Under the pieces are notes generated by a model, which ran no database searches, had not been told where the DNA came from, and saw only the letters and a list, made by a program, of their open reading frames with translations. Below are positions 26,007 to 36,185 of a stretch of 64,000 bases of DNA, piece after piece; the stretch's first letter is position 1; every line of letters starts with the position of its first letter. A program made the translations under genes and the position numbers. The stretch spans positions 62,001-126,000 of the IMG/VR virus record IMGVR_UViG_3300003322_000571; one strand, written 5' to 3'.

Positions 26007-26462
26007 ATGGCACAACCGAAATTCATTACCAATCCGTCGTATGACGCACTGCATAATGCAGCTGTCACAATGGTTCGTGAAGCTCGGACACTCGCATGGA
26101 TCGACGCCATTGTCGCTCCCGTGCGAGGTGGACTGATGTTCGGTGTCATCGCGTCACACAAGTTGAACGTTCCTGTCATCCCAATTCACTACTCTTCCAA
26201 GGGCGGTAATGGCGACGACAAGAATCACACAAACACAATCGTAGCACTCGCTAACGGCGTTAAGACGATCTTGCTCGTTGACGACATCATCGACAGCGGT
26301 AACACGCTGAAAGAAATTCATGATGCGTACACAGCTGCAGGGATCAAGGTGATCTCCGCTGCATTCCACTACAAAGAGAATGCAGTGTTTCATCCTGATC
26401 TGTACTTCTGGCGCATCCCAGCTGATAGTCCGTTCATTACGTATCCGTATGAGAATGCGTAA
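26007..26462 (+). CDS. purine phosphoribosyltransferase (Gpt/Hpt-like)
   Basis: PVRGG, LLVDDIIDSGNT, ITYPYE. Confidence 0.88.
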   Translation: MAQPKFITNPSYDALHNAAVTMVREARTLAWIDAIVAPVRGGLMFGVIASHKLNVPVIPIHYSSKGGNGDDKNHTNTIVALANGVKTILLVDDIIDSGNTLKEIHDAYTAAGIKVISAAFHYKENAVFHPDLYFWRIPADSPFITYPYENA

Positions 26463-27195
26463 TTTTTGACCAACGATATCCAAAAGCGATGTCGTTATTC
26501 ACTGCAGCTCGTGAGATATAGGATACACCCGTATTCATTTCACGAGCTGCAGCAGAAATGCTGTCGAACACCTTGATGATATTTCCATTGAGATCAGATT
26601 GAATAACTTGATGTTTTAGAAGTTTGGATCTGGGTACTCTATTGTCGGGAGCAGCAAACTTCCACACGTAGCCTTTAGTGGAAGCGTACAGTCCCTGGCA
26701 ACAGTACAGAATATAAGATCCATTAATCCCTGTAGCTTTCGCTGCAACTCTGGATGATGGATAACGTGCTAGTTCCTGTCCTTCCAGGTTATACTGGATC
26801 ACTTCTGTACCTCCATGGGAAGCATTACTTCGTCGTGTGCCTTGTAAGGAAGCACTGATACGAGATCGAGTATTTTGTGATAAAACTCGACCGGAACCAG
26901 CACCTTCACCACCGTTTTGTAGGTTGGTGAGTATTCCTGTTCCATTATCTCGTCGTCCATACTGTTCAATCAGTTGACGTTCAAGGATATATGCAGACTC
27001 TTCATCGGCGCATTGAACGTGTTCAATAATGATGTCTTGACCAGCGGATCTAATTTGATTGATGACAGCATCTTTATATGGATTCTGTCCATTCGTGCTT
27101 GGATTGAAATGAACCCTCGAACGTCTGCCCTTGCCTTTTCCAATGTAAAAAGGTAAATTGGTGGACGGATCGATTAATTTATACACATAGAACAT
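26437..27195 (-). mobile_element. free-standing GIY-YIG homing endonuclease with NUMOD repeats
   Basis: FYVYKLIDP...FYIGKG...R, GILTN, NUMOD3/NUMOD1-like segments; inverted orientation; own TATAAATA promoter; flanked by a recoded duplicate of the PRTase 3' end. Confidence 0.88.
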
Positions 27196-27246
27196 GGTTA
27201 GTACCTCTCTATTATTTATAGAAAGCTACTATCCGTACGAAAACAC

Positions 27247-27477
27247 ATGACGTACACACTTTGGCACCTAGCTAAAGACGTTGTCACCGGCAAAGTCAAA
27301 CTAGCATCACGCGAAGTGACGAAAAGCCGGTTGGCAACATGCAGCGGATGCGAAGCAAAGAACAACAAACTGAACACCTGTACGGCGTGCGGGTGTTATC
27401 TTCCTGCTAAAGCTCGTTTAGCTGATGCAGATTGCCCTATGGAGCTTTGGAATGACAGAAAACAAGTTGCAGAGTGA
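27247..27477 (+). CDS. small Cys-rich zinc-binding protein
   Basis: CSGC...CTACGC....K....CP...W. Confidence 0.75.
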   Translation: MTYTLWHLAKDVVTGKVKLASREVTKSRLATCSGCEAKNNKLNTCTACGCYLPAKARLADADCPMELWNDRKQVAE

Positions 27478-29174
27478 ATTATCGCCTGCGATGAACCCAC
27501 CAAACAAAGATTACATGGTTGAATTACAATTGCGTATTGCACAGCAAAACATGAACGATGCGTTTGCTAAACGTGTCTTGGAAATGGCATGTGAGTATGG
27601 TTGGTCAGGCGATCTTGTTGAGATCGAATGGTTCGTCAAGTGGATCCACGATAAGTTGGATGTCCCATACGATCCTACGCCCATTCAAAACGTTGAGTGT
27701 TAATCTCTAATCAGTTGATTTAATCTATCGGGTCAAATATAGTGAAGGTGAAATAACTTTTCAGTGTGTTTAATGGTAGAAGATAACCACCTGATCGACA
27801 TGGACGACTTTGAAGTACAGCAAGTTGCTTACTTCAATGGTCTCCTTGCTGCTGAGCAGTACATGAACGAGGTCAACAATGGCTATATCCAAACTTTGGA
27901 TTTGACAGAAGCTATTGCTGATCTCGTTCATCGGGAAGACATTTTCTTTGCTCCTCTGGTCAGTCTTTCGAACCGTACTGACCACTGAAAATGGATTGAC
28001 CCGTAAAAAGGGTTAATTGAAGATATATTGAACCGTTGGGTTAAAGTTTGAGGAGTACTTTATGAGTAAGGTTGTGATGTCGTGGGGTGATCGGTTTGCT
28101 GTTATCGATCACTATCGCCCGACCGATGAAAAGATTTGCCAGGTGTTCGGCCTTGACGCCGGAGAGCTGGAGATGGCACGGATGATGTTGAAGACCGGCA
28201 CGTTCAAGGTCAACAAGTCACTCGATGTGTCGAAATACAGTTCACTGTTCAGCGACAACAGCGAAGTGCAAGTGATCACCGCTGTCACGCCAGGTGCAAT
28301 TTCGAAAAAGGGCAGTGCAACGACGCACACAATGCCTGAATCCGCATCGAAGCGCGTTCGTCCTCCGCAGAAGCGCGGCCGTAAGGGTGACAAGATCAGT
28401 CGTGCACTGCAATCAGTGACGACGACGAAGGTTCCAGTCGAGGAGTTCTGCAAGCAACACGATGTTTCGCTCGCCGTTCTGCGTCAGTCGAAGCGGTTCA
28501 TCGAGAAGCTGCCTCCTGATGTGCAAGCAACGATCGGTAAGATCAATGTTCGCCAAGACGGTTCGAAGGTTCTGATGATCTGGAAGGACTGACATGGGAA
28601 TGTCAACTCGTGTTCACGGACTCGTGCCACCTGATGCAAAGTACTTAGCAAAGCTTGATGCTTACCTTGCGTGCGAGCGAGCAGGTGTTAGCATTCCTGT
28701 TGAACTGATGGATTTCTTCGAGGGACGTCCTAACGCTGACGGGATGGCAATCAGCATCAAAGATGCTGTGTCTGAGTTTTCTGACAGTAATACAGCTACG
28801 GATGGGTGGATCGTTGATCTGTCGAAGCTTGATCCAAAGGTCAAAAAGATTCGTTTCGTCAACAGCTACTGATTATGAGCGGATTCAAGATTGTTGACAT
28901 TCACATCGTTGGTGAAGGTGCTGATGTGATCTTCCAAGATGACAATGCTACGGAACTCTTCACAGGGAAGTCGTTCCGGCGTATGCCAAACGGAAAGTTA
29001 GCGTTAGCACATCAACCATACGGTCTCGGTTCAGCGGCCGAGCGAGCTTTCGGTGCAGATTACAAGAATGCACGACACGTGGTCGATGATCCACGTGATT
29101 TCCGGAAGGAGGCGTTCATGCCATCCAAGGCAAGAATCGTTTGGACCAAGAAAGTAAAAGCTCTCGCCCCTTGA
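27452..29174 (+). CDS. five hypothetical ORFs (27452-27703, 27764-27988, 28062-28592 basic/DNA-binding-like, 28594-28872, 28875-29174)
   Basis: Tightly packed + strand ORFs with SDs; terminator at 29192-29227. Confidence 0.65.
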
Positions 29175-29289
29175 AGGGTTGGTGCATAAGTAAAAAGGCG
29201 TTCCCAAAAGGAGCGCCTTTTCTTTTTGCACAATTGAAAGTATACTCTGTTAAGACCGTTAGTTTGGTCTTTCAGTGTAAACGGCTTTT

Positions 29290-29898
29290 ATGGCGACCGA
29301 ACAACAACTAAAAACGCTAGACAAGTACGTTGACGCTATCCACGAACTGCTGATTGACCAGATCGAAGGGATCAAAACTAATCCCAAGCGTCAACTGCTA
29401 CAGAACAGGTTAATCTTCACACGGATGCTCGGGCAGATGTTATACGATGCGCCGAAGCTACACACCGGCATGGTTAGCGTCCGCATGGTTGAACAGAAGT
29501 TGAAGAACTTCAGTGCGAAGGCGTGTCAAGAACATCACCACACAAGACAAAAGGGCGGATCAGCGTTAATAGCGCTGGTCGACCGCGCTATTGCCAGTGG
29601 TGTTTATCCGTCTAAAGACCAGGTGCGACAACTTGCCTTGAAGTATTGCCAAGTTCACTACACAACTGTTGCTGAGAACAACAAGCTTCGAAAGCATCAA
29701 AAGCATTGTTCCAGTGAAGCAGCGTATAGACGAGCTAATATCCAATTGGTACACGCCCCAGATCTGTTTACCAAACGAGGTAAGCATGCAGAGGTTTGGA
29801 AACAAGAAATGCGTGACAAATATCAGCCAGTGGTTGACTCGTACCACAAGCCACAACCAATACAACAGAACTTTGAATGGCCAGATATCATTCACTAA
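29290..29898 (+). CDS. hypothetical protein, possible His-Me nuclease-like
   Basis: EHH...T..EN..L pattern; weak. Confidence 0.4.
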   Translation: MATEQQLKTLDKYVDAIHELLIDQIEGIKTNPKRQLLQNRLIFTRMLGQMLYDAPKLHTGMVSVRMVEQKLKNFSAKACQEHHHTRQKGGSALIALVDRAIASGVYPSKDQVRQLALKYCQVHYTTVAENNKLRKHQKHCSSEAAYRRANIQLVHAPDLFTKRGKHAEVWKQEMRDKYQPVVDSYHKPQPIQQNFEWPDIIH

Positions 29899-30614
29899 TG
29901 ACTTATATTGTATACCAGTTAACCTCTCCCTCAGGTAAAAAGTATTTCGGACTATCTAGTAAGACATTATCTGTCCGCGTTTCAACTCACATGAAAGATC
30001 GTCAGCGATTAATCAATAGAGGAAAGCATCTACCCAGGCTATATGCTGCCTTCGGTAAGTATCCTATTGATCTCTGGAAGCAAACTGTTCTGTTTGAGGG
30101 GTTGACGAGATCCGAGGCTGAAGTTAAGGAACGGGAATTAATAGCAATCCACAATACACAAAACCCTTCGTGTGGATACAATATGGCTGAAGGTGGGATA
30201 GGAGGGGATACTGGCCGCAATGGAGAACTTGACAAAAGGCAAAAGCATTCTGAGCGAATGAAAGCTCTCAACGCAGATCCTCTATTCGTCAAGAATCGCA
30301 TTGAAAAGGGACAAACCTCTATACGCAACAATCCCGAACAGTTCCGGGTCAATGCAATTAAGAGGAAAATGAGGCTTCGAAGATCCTCAAATCATCAAAA
30401 TCACACAGGCATGTGGGTGGTTCGAGGAGTACCGTACGGTAGTCTACGTGAAGCAGTGGCATCTACGGGCGTAAGTGAAAGCACGATTGTAAAGTTTTGC
30501 AATAAACCCGATGTTGTAGCAGGATGTACAAACAAGTATATCAAGATCGGAACAACGCCTAGAGAAAATGGCTACTACAAAACAATAAAGGAAAAAGATA
30601 ATGGCAAAGTATGA
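29898..30614 (+). mobile_element. GIY-YIG (Seg-like) homing endonuclease
   Basis: YIVYQLTSPSGKKYFGLS, R...H, KYP, E...I, GYNMAEGG; C-terminal NUMOD/HTH-like segment; overlaps the queE start. Confidence 0.82.
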
Positions 30615-31497
30615 ATGGTCTGAAGTATTCTACTCAATTGAAGGTGAAGCGAAGTATTCCGGACATCCGACTGTATATGCACGTTTCGCATTGTGCAATT
30701 TTCAGTGCAAGGGGTTTGGTAATCCTGAAAAATTAGACACCACAAAAATTGATGTTCTTGGTTTCAATCCAGCAGATTACAAAGACATCTATTCAATTCC
30801 ATTGATTACCCGCGGTTGTGATTCAATCTATTCGTGGGACAAAAAGTTCGCTCACATGTGGAAGAAGACAGATGAGCACGAATTGGCAAATGAACTACTA
30901 AAGCTTTTGCCGAACCAGTCGTTTACAACTCCGTCCGGACGTTCGGTTATTTTGTCGTTGACCGGTGGAGAACCAACACTTCGTGCAAAATTCATCCCCA
31001 CGTTGATGAATACGCCGGAGTTGAAAGACGTCAAGCACATCTTGATCGAAACAAATTGTGCAGTTCCCCTGAAGCATGATTTCATTATGGAAATCAATGC
31101 GTGGCTCGCAGCTGACCCATCTCGTAAATGGACGTGGAGCAACTCGCCCAAGTTGTCGGCGTCGGGAGAAAAGTGGGAAGAGGCAATTCGTCCTGAGATC
31201 GCTGTAATGCAAACTCTCGTCAAGAGTCGTGAATTCATTACGAATCAAGTCGATCAATACTTCAAATTTGTGTGCGATGAAACTGATGAAATGTTCGACG
31301 AAGTAGCGAAGGCTATGGAAGAATACTACACAGCAGGTATCCCGCGTGATGTTGAAGTATATGTAATGCCTGTTGCTTGCCAAGAATCGGATCAAACGCG
31401 AATCTCTTCAAAGGTGGCAAAGCAGTGCATGGATCGCGGATATATCTACTGCCATCGTGTACACTTGGATGTGTTTGGTAACACTCCCGGAACTTAA
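30601..31497 (+). CDS. queE: 7-carboxy-7-deazaguanine synthase (radical SAM)
   Basis: EVFYSIEGE, RFALCNFQC...GCDS, TGGEP, IETN, SPKL, RVH..VFG. Confidence 0.88.
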   Translation: MAKYEWSEVFYSIEGEAKYSGHPTVYARFALCNFQCKGFGNPEKLDTTKIDVLGFNPADYKDIYSIPLITRGCDSIYSWDKKFAHMWKKTDEHELANELLKLLPNQSFTTPSGRSVILSLTGGEPTLRAKFIPTLMNTPELKDVKHILIETNCAVPLKHDFIMEINAWLAADPSRKWTWSNSPKLSASGEKWEEAIRPEIAVMQTLVKSREFITNQVDQYFKFVCDETDEMFDEVAKAMEEYYTAGIPRDVEVYVMPVACQESDQTRISSKVAKQCMDRGYIYCHRVHLDVFGNTPGT

Positions 31498-31538
31498 TAC
31501 ATTGGCGGCTTGTCCGCCTATTTTCATAGGGAAAAGAA

Positions 31539-32393
31539 ATGACACTTTATCGTTTAACGCCAGAAAATGGTTTACCGGTTTCTATCGTGCTCGAACATGT
31601 TGTTGCTGTGACTGATATCAAAACTTCACGTTACAACGCCAGTTTCACAGTTCATATGTCAAACGGAATTCAATACGTCATCAATGAGCCAGTTGGTAGT
31701 ATTACATATCTGCCGGGATTCACGGTTGACTACTTTGAGACTCAGGAATATAAAGATGCTGAAAACCAAGTAACTGAAACTGCAAAGAATCGTCTCATGC
31801 CGCGTCGCAGTGATTTGATTAATGCCCTCTCACCTCGGAGTTATTAAGTCCTATGAATACTTACAGTGTTGCCCTTATTAGCGATCAAGTCTCTTTCAAG
31901 ACGGAAATCCAAGCCGAAACATACGGCGATGTCTCGTTGTCTAATGGTGGAAAAAGGTACCTGTTCATCAGTAACGGTACTACCGTCGCAGTTATCGAAA
32001 AGCCGCCGGGACATTCAATTATCATTAACAAGCTGTGAGAAGTAAATGCGGCCATATCATATTAACGCGGAAGGCGTAGCGAACGGAAAGGCGTGGATCG
32101 ACCTCGACCACATCCAGATGATCTCAGATGTGGTCGTTGACAACAGAACAGAATTCGGAACAGCAACAGCTTCGTTTTATGTCGTACTGGCGTTCCGTGA
32201 GAACGGGATCAGTTTTTCTGTATATGGTGAGCGACGGTACAACAGCGACAAGTCGAACGCATTCGCAAATGTGTTCGATAACCATCCTCTTACAGAAACC
32301 GACATTGCTAAAATCAATCAAGTCCACGATCAACTTGTCGCTGCGTGGCAGAACAAGCCGAAGGCAGGAACAAACAGCACCGGACCTTGTTGA
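31539..32393 (+). CDS. three small hypothetical ORFs (31539-31847, 31853-32038, 32046-32393); first and third look paralogous
   Basis: Shared I.L.H...(V/I).D.....ASF.V pattern. Confidence 0.65.
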
Positions 32394-32460
32394 AGCGAAG
32401 TCCCACGTCGTTGAGGTCTTCTGAAACCACATATATACTCTTACAAGATTGGGAGTTTAT

Positions 32461-32895
32461 ATGCTGCACGACAAGAAATTGATCTACAGGGCGGGCGTCG
32501 TCCCGTACATTGTCGAGGACGGCCAAATTCGTATGAAGTTCATGCGCCCATCAGACCCAGAGTTTGGTGGTGACACATTCCAGCTTGCTAAAGGCAAGAT
32601 TGAAGAAGGTGAGTCGGCTGAACAAGCAGGCTTGCGTGAAGCAAAGGAAGAACTTGGTTTGTTCATTGGAAACGTCGCACTGGTAGAAGAACTGGGGACG
32701 TTCATGGGTCGTACAACGGTGTTCGTTGCAAAGGTAAAGGAACGTGATATGTTCGGAGAGCCTGGATTCGAGACATCAGAAGTTGCTTGGATGACGGTGG
32801 AAGAGTTTAATGCTCAAGGGCGTGATCTCCATAAGCCTGTCGTTAAGGCTGCTCACCGCAAAATCTGCAAGCTAGAAGGGTTGTCGGTTAACTGA
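32461..32895 (+). CDS. Nudix hydrolase
   Basis: Nudix box GKIEEGESAEQAGLREAKEELG. Confidence 0.92.
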   Translation: MLHDKKLIYRAGVVPYIVEDGQIRMKFMRPSDPEFGGDTFQLAKGKIEEGESAEQAGLREAKEELGLFIGNVALVEELGTFMGRTTVFVAKVKERDMFGEPGFETSEVAWMTVEEFNAQGRDLHKPVVKAAHRKICKLEGLSVN

Positions 32896-32934
32896 TAACC
32901 GATAAATACCTGACAACTCTTTACGAGGCACAAC

Positions 32935-33309
32935 ATGAAAGTTAGAGATCTATTTGAACGCCGTGGCCCAAGCCACGGTAACGTTCCAGTTAAATTCATC
33001 TGGACGTTGGAATGGCAAGACGATGCAGGTGAATGGCAATCGGATGACGTTACTGTAACAGGGACTGTATCTTACGACGATGATCCGTACGGAGTAGGCG
33101 AGCGCCTGGGCTCTCGTGATTTTGAATTTTTCCCTAAAGCTGTTATCTCAGGTAACACAAAACAACCGATCGATATTAACTCGATTTCTGAAGAAGAATG
33201 GGCTAAGATCGAAGAATATGCGCTTGAAAAAGCGCATGACGAACTGGAATCACAGCAAGCAGAGTATGATGACTGGGCACGAGAAGAGCAGCGACTCGAG
33301 CGGTTCTAA
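32935..33309 (+). CDS. late acidic protein with a capsid-targeting-like N-terminus
   Basis: MKVRDLFER behind ATAAATA. Confidence 0.7.
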   Translation: MKVRDLFERRGPSHGNVPVKFIWTLEWQDDAGEWQSDDVTVTGTVSYDDDPYGVGERLGSRDFEFFPKAVISGNTKQPIDINSISEEEWAKIEEYALEKAHDELESQQAEYDDWAREEQRLERF

Positions 33310-33344
33310 TAAATAAGATCATTACTCTTACAGGGAGAAACAGA

Positions 33345-34145
33345 ATGAGTGATTGGAATCTAGACCGCCTGCGTAAGATCGCTGGTCTGAACGAGTCTGT
33401 AGTTTCGAAGAAAAAGCAACTCAACGAAGGTTGGGCTGACGATGATGATGGCTATGATGACGAAGATCCAGACGTGAAGATCGCTAGCGAAGACAAGGGT
33501 CAGCGTAAGTTCGAAAGGAAGAACAAGAAAGAGTTGTCGACTGCGGACAAGGAAGCAGCTGCTAAGGCCGCTGAAGCTAAGAAGAAGCAAGCTGAAAAGA
33601 AGGCTGCAGCTCCGAAGGCAGAAGAGAAGAAGCCAGAACCTAAGAAGGAAGAACCTGCTAAGGCTGAAGAGAAGAAAGAAGCTCCAGTCGAGAAGAAAGA
33701 AGAGCCAGCAAAGGACGAAGTGAAGGCTGAAGCTGAAAAGAAGCGCCGCGGTAAGGCTCCTAACCCAGAGAGCAAGGCACAACGTGCTCTCGCTGTGTTG
33801 AAGAACATGACACGTGGTGAATTCATCAAGTGGGCTGAAGCTAACACGGGTATGGGTAAGAATTACGCTAGCGCGTACTACGCAAAGCACAATCCAAAGA
33901 GCTCTCGTCAAGTTAAGGAAGCAGCAACACTGTTCGGTATTGCTCACCCGTTCTTGAAGGGATTTGTACTTGCAGAGAACCGTGAACTGAACCAGATGCA
34001 ATGGATCGATGCAGACAGCAAGTTGGAACCGATGTTGTTCACAGAACAAGCAGAAGCTGACAAGATTGCTAAGTACATGGCAGAATGGAAGTCTCAGACA
34101 GCTGTAGTTGAAACATTCGACATGGCAGAATTTGACAAAGAGTAA
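33345..34145 (+). CDS. late K/E/A-rich protein, probable head/scaffold component
   Basis: LRKIAGLNES and QLNEG sites; ATAAATA promoter; terminator at 34165-34195. Confidence 0.7.
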   Translation: MSDWNLDRLRKIAGLNESVVSKKKQLNEGWADDDDGYDDEDPDVKIASEDKGQRKFERKNKKELSTADKEAAAKAAEAKKKQAEKKAAAPKAEEKKPEPKKEEPAKAEEKKEAPVEKKEEPAKDEVKAEAEKKRRGKAPNPESKAQRALAVLKNMTRGEFIKWAEANTGMGKNYASAYYAKHNPKSSRQVKEAATLFGIAHPFLKGFVLAENRELNQMQWIDADSKLEPMLFTEQAEADKIAKYMAEWKSQTAVVETFDMAEFDKE

Positions 34146-34275
34146 TAGTCGTTATTACACAAACAAAAGGGAGACTTTGTCTCCCTTTTTCTTTTGCTAT
34201 ATACTGTATGCATGTGGTCTCTGCAGCTCACCCCACACGAATCCTCTGCGCTGCTAATAACAACAAGGAGGCCAC

Positions 34276-34854
34276 ATGGCTGTAATCAAATCACAAAAAT
34301 CATTCCACAAACTTCCGTGCGCTCATGCTCAATTCCAGGACTTCGATGGTCCTTGCAAGACATTCCACGGATATGACCGTAGTGTCTCATTCGAATTCTC
34401 GGGAGAGATTGACGAATATGGTTGGCTAGTTGGGTTCGGACATCTGAAACCAGTTCGCGCATTCCTCGAATACTACTTCGACCACACTGCTGTCGCACCC
34501 GCAAACGATCCTCGCCTTGCGGAGATCATCAAGGCAGAAGAAGCTGGACTATTCACTCTTCGTGTATTGCCTTACGGTGTTTCTATGGAGATGTCGGCAT
34601 TGTTCATCTGGGAACAAGTCAACCCGTTCATCCACAAGATTACAGACGGTCGGGCTTGGATTTCTCGTATCGAATGTCGAGAGCAAGATTCCAACGCAGC
34701 TTCTATTGAAGTGCCAACACGTTCATACCGTATGAAGCATGAAATGGAAGTGAAAGCTAAGCAGGGAGAATATCTGACGCTCAACCCACGTTGGGATTAC
34801 AAGAAGCCGCAAGACGTGTTGTATAGAATTGGTGTGCTGAACAGCGCTAACTAA
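34276..34854 (+). CDS. queD: 6-carboxytetrahydropterin synthase
   Basis: CAHAQ...CKTFHGY, GWLVGFG.LK, FDHT, SME, RE.DSN.A. Confidence 0.85.
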   Translation: MAVIKSQKSFHKLPCAHAQFQDFDGPCKTFHGYDRSVSFEFSGEIDEYGWLVGFGHLKPVRAFLEYYFDHTAVAPANDPRLAEIIKAEEAGLFTLRVLPYGVSMEMSALFIWEQVNPFIHKITDGRAWISRIECREQDSNAASIEVPTRSYRMKHEMEVKAKQGEYLTLNPRWDYKKPQDVLYRIGVLNSAN

Positions 34855-34900
34855 TTAATCGAGACATAAATACCGCACAATTCCAGATTGGAGCGAATTT

Positions 34901-36160
34901 ATGTCATTCAACATGATTAAGGAAGCCCAAGCGCGCCTTGCGCTTGGGAATAAACTGTCAGTCGCAGAACACGTTCAGAAGGTTCTCGGCGACGTGACAT
35001 TGTCAGAAGTAAAGAGCATCGTTGAATCGTTTAACAAGGCCGACTTCCAAATTACACCAGAAGACTATAGTCGTTGGTTGGAAGTCGTTGTTGAGCTGAT
35101 GCAACAACACGGCGGGAGCCGTAAGCGTGACTTCATGGACATTGCACTAGACGTTGTTCTCGACAACGATCCAAAGTTTGATCTACTTGGTGGCGATCAA
35201 GAAGCATTGAAAGCACAAGTTGCAAACACTTTGTGGCAGACATACAAGGCTTCGAAGGCACACTCCGAAGTCGCCGGTAATGTCAATTCAACAATTCAAC
35301 AAGCGCGCGAAGAAGAGGAAGCAATTGCTGACTTGATGTCAGTATGCGACGACAACGAGCGTGAAGAGGAAGAGTCTGGCGGTGGGTTTGAGCAAGCCCT
35401 TAAGACTACGATGAATATCGATTCTGCTCAAGAAGAAGAGCACGATGGCAATCCTTATCCTGTAGGAACAATGCGTCATGCACTGTGGAAGGATGTCAAC
35501 AAGAGCAAGATGTTTAAGTCCGGCCACAACATTGTCAAGAAAGCAAAGGAAGAAGAGGAATTCGACGATATCGAACTCGATGACGATATCGATATCGATA
35601 CTACTCAGATGTCTGCCGAAGACTTGGCCTCTCGTATTGTTGGTAAGGCAGGTATCGACGATTACGAGACATCTGATACTGGTGATCAGACAGATGTCGA
35701 AGCTCGTATCGAAGACCTTGAAGCACGTATTAAGGAACTCGAATGTGACGCTGATGCGGACACAGAAGAAATCGACAGCGATACGCTAGACATCGATTAC
35801 GATAGTCTCGGCAATGATCGTCCAGGTGCTGCACAAGTGATCGGTGTTTCTATTCCAGCTTCTGGTAAGGAAGACGAACGTTTCCGCGATAAGCCAGACT
35901 TCGACGACGAAGAGTCAACAAAGAAGTTCTTCCGTACTGCTTTGACATCTCCTAAGGAAATGATGTCTCAAGCAATCAAGGACATTGAAGCAGAAGGGGC
36001 AGAAGCTTGGAAGAAGTTGCAGTTCCCAAAGAATCCACATCCTAAGAAGTCACAGGCTTTCAGGGCGTGGGAAAAGGGAATGAAGAACGCCGCAAAGGAT
36101 CACCTTGGATTCAAGGACAAGCCGGTGCAAATTACTAGTAAACCTGCCCGTAAAAAGTAA
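34901..36160 (+). CDS. late, highly acidic protein (repeated EEE), probable head/scaffold component
   Basis: ATAAATA promoter; repeated xxEEE(E) segments. Confidence 0.7.
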   Translation: MSFNMIKEAQARLALGNKLSVAEHVQKVLGDVTLSEVKSIVESFNKADFQITPEDYSRWLEVVVELMQQHGGSRKRDFMDIALDVVLDNDPKFDLLGGDQEALKAQVANTLWQTYKASKAHSEVAGNVNSTIQQAREEEEAIADLMSVCDDNEREEEESGGGFEQALKTTMNIDSAQEEEHDGNPYPVGTMRHALWKDVNKSKMFKSGHNIVKKAKEEEEFDDIELDDDIDIDTTQMSAEDLASRIVGKAGIDDYETSDTGDQTDVEARIEDLEARIKELECDADADTEEIDSDTLDIDYDSLGNDRPGAAQVIGVSIPASGKEDERFRDKPDFDDEESTKKFFRTALTSPKEMMSQAIKDIEAEGAEAWKKLQFPKNPHPKKSQAFRAWEKGMKNAAKDHLGFKDKPVQITSKPARKK

Positions 36161-36185
36161 TACGAGAAAGTAGTGGTGAGAAGTT

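Noticed and set aside
33500-33760. Repetitive GAAGAAG/GCTAAG DNA as a repeat array
   Set aside because: Explained by the low-complexity K/E/A/P protein sequence.
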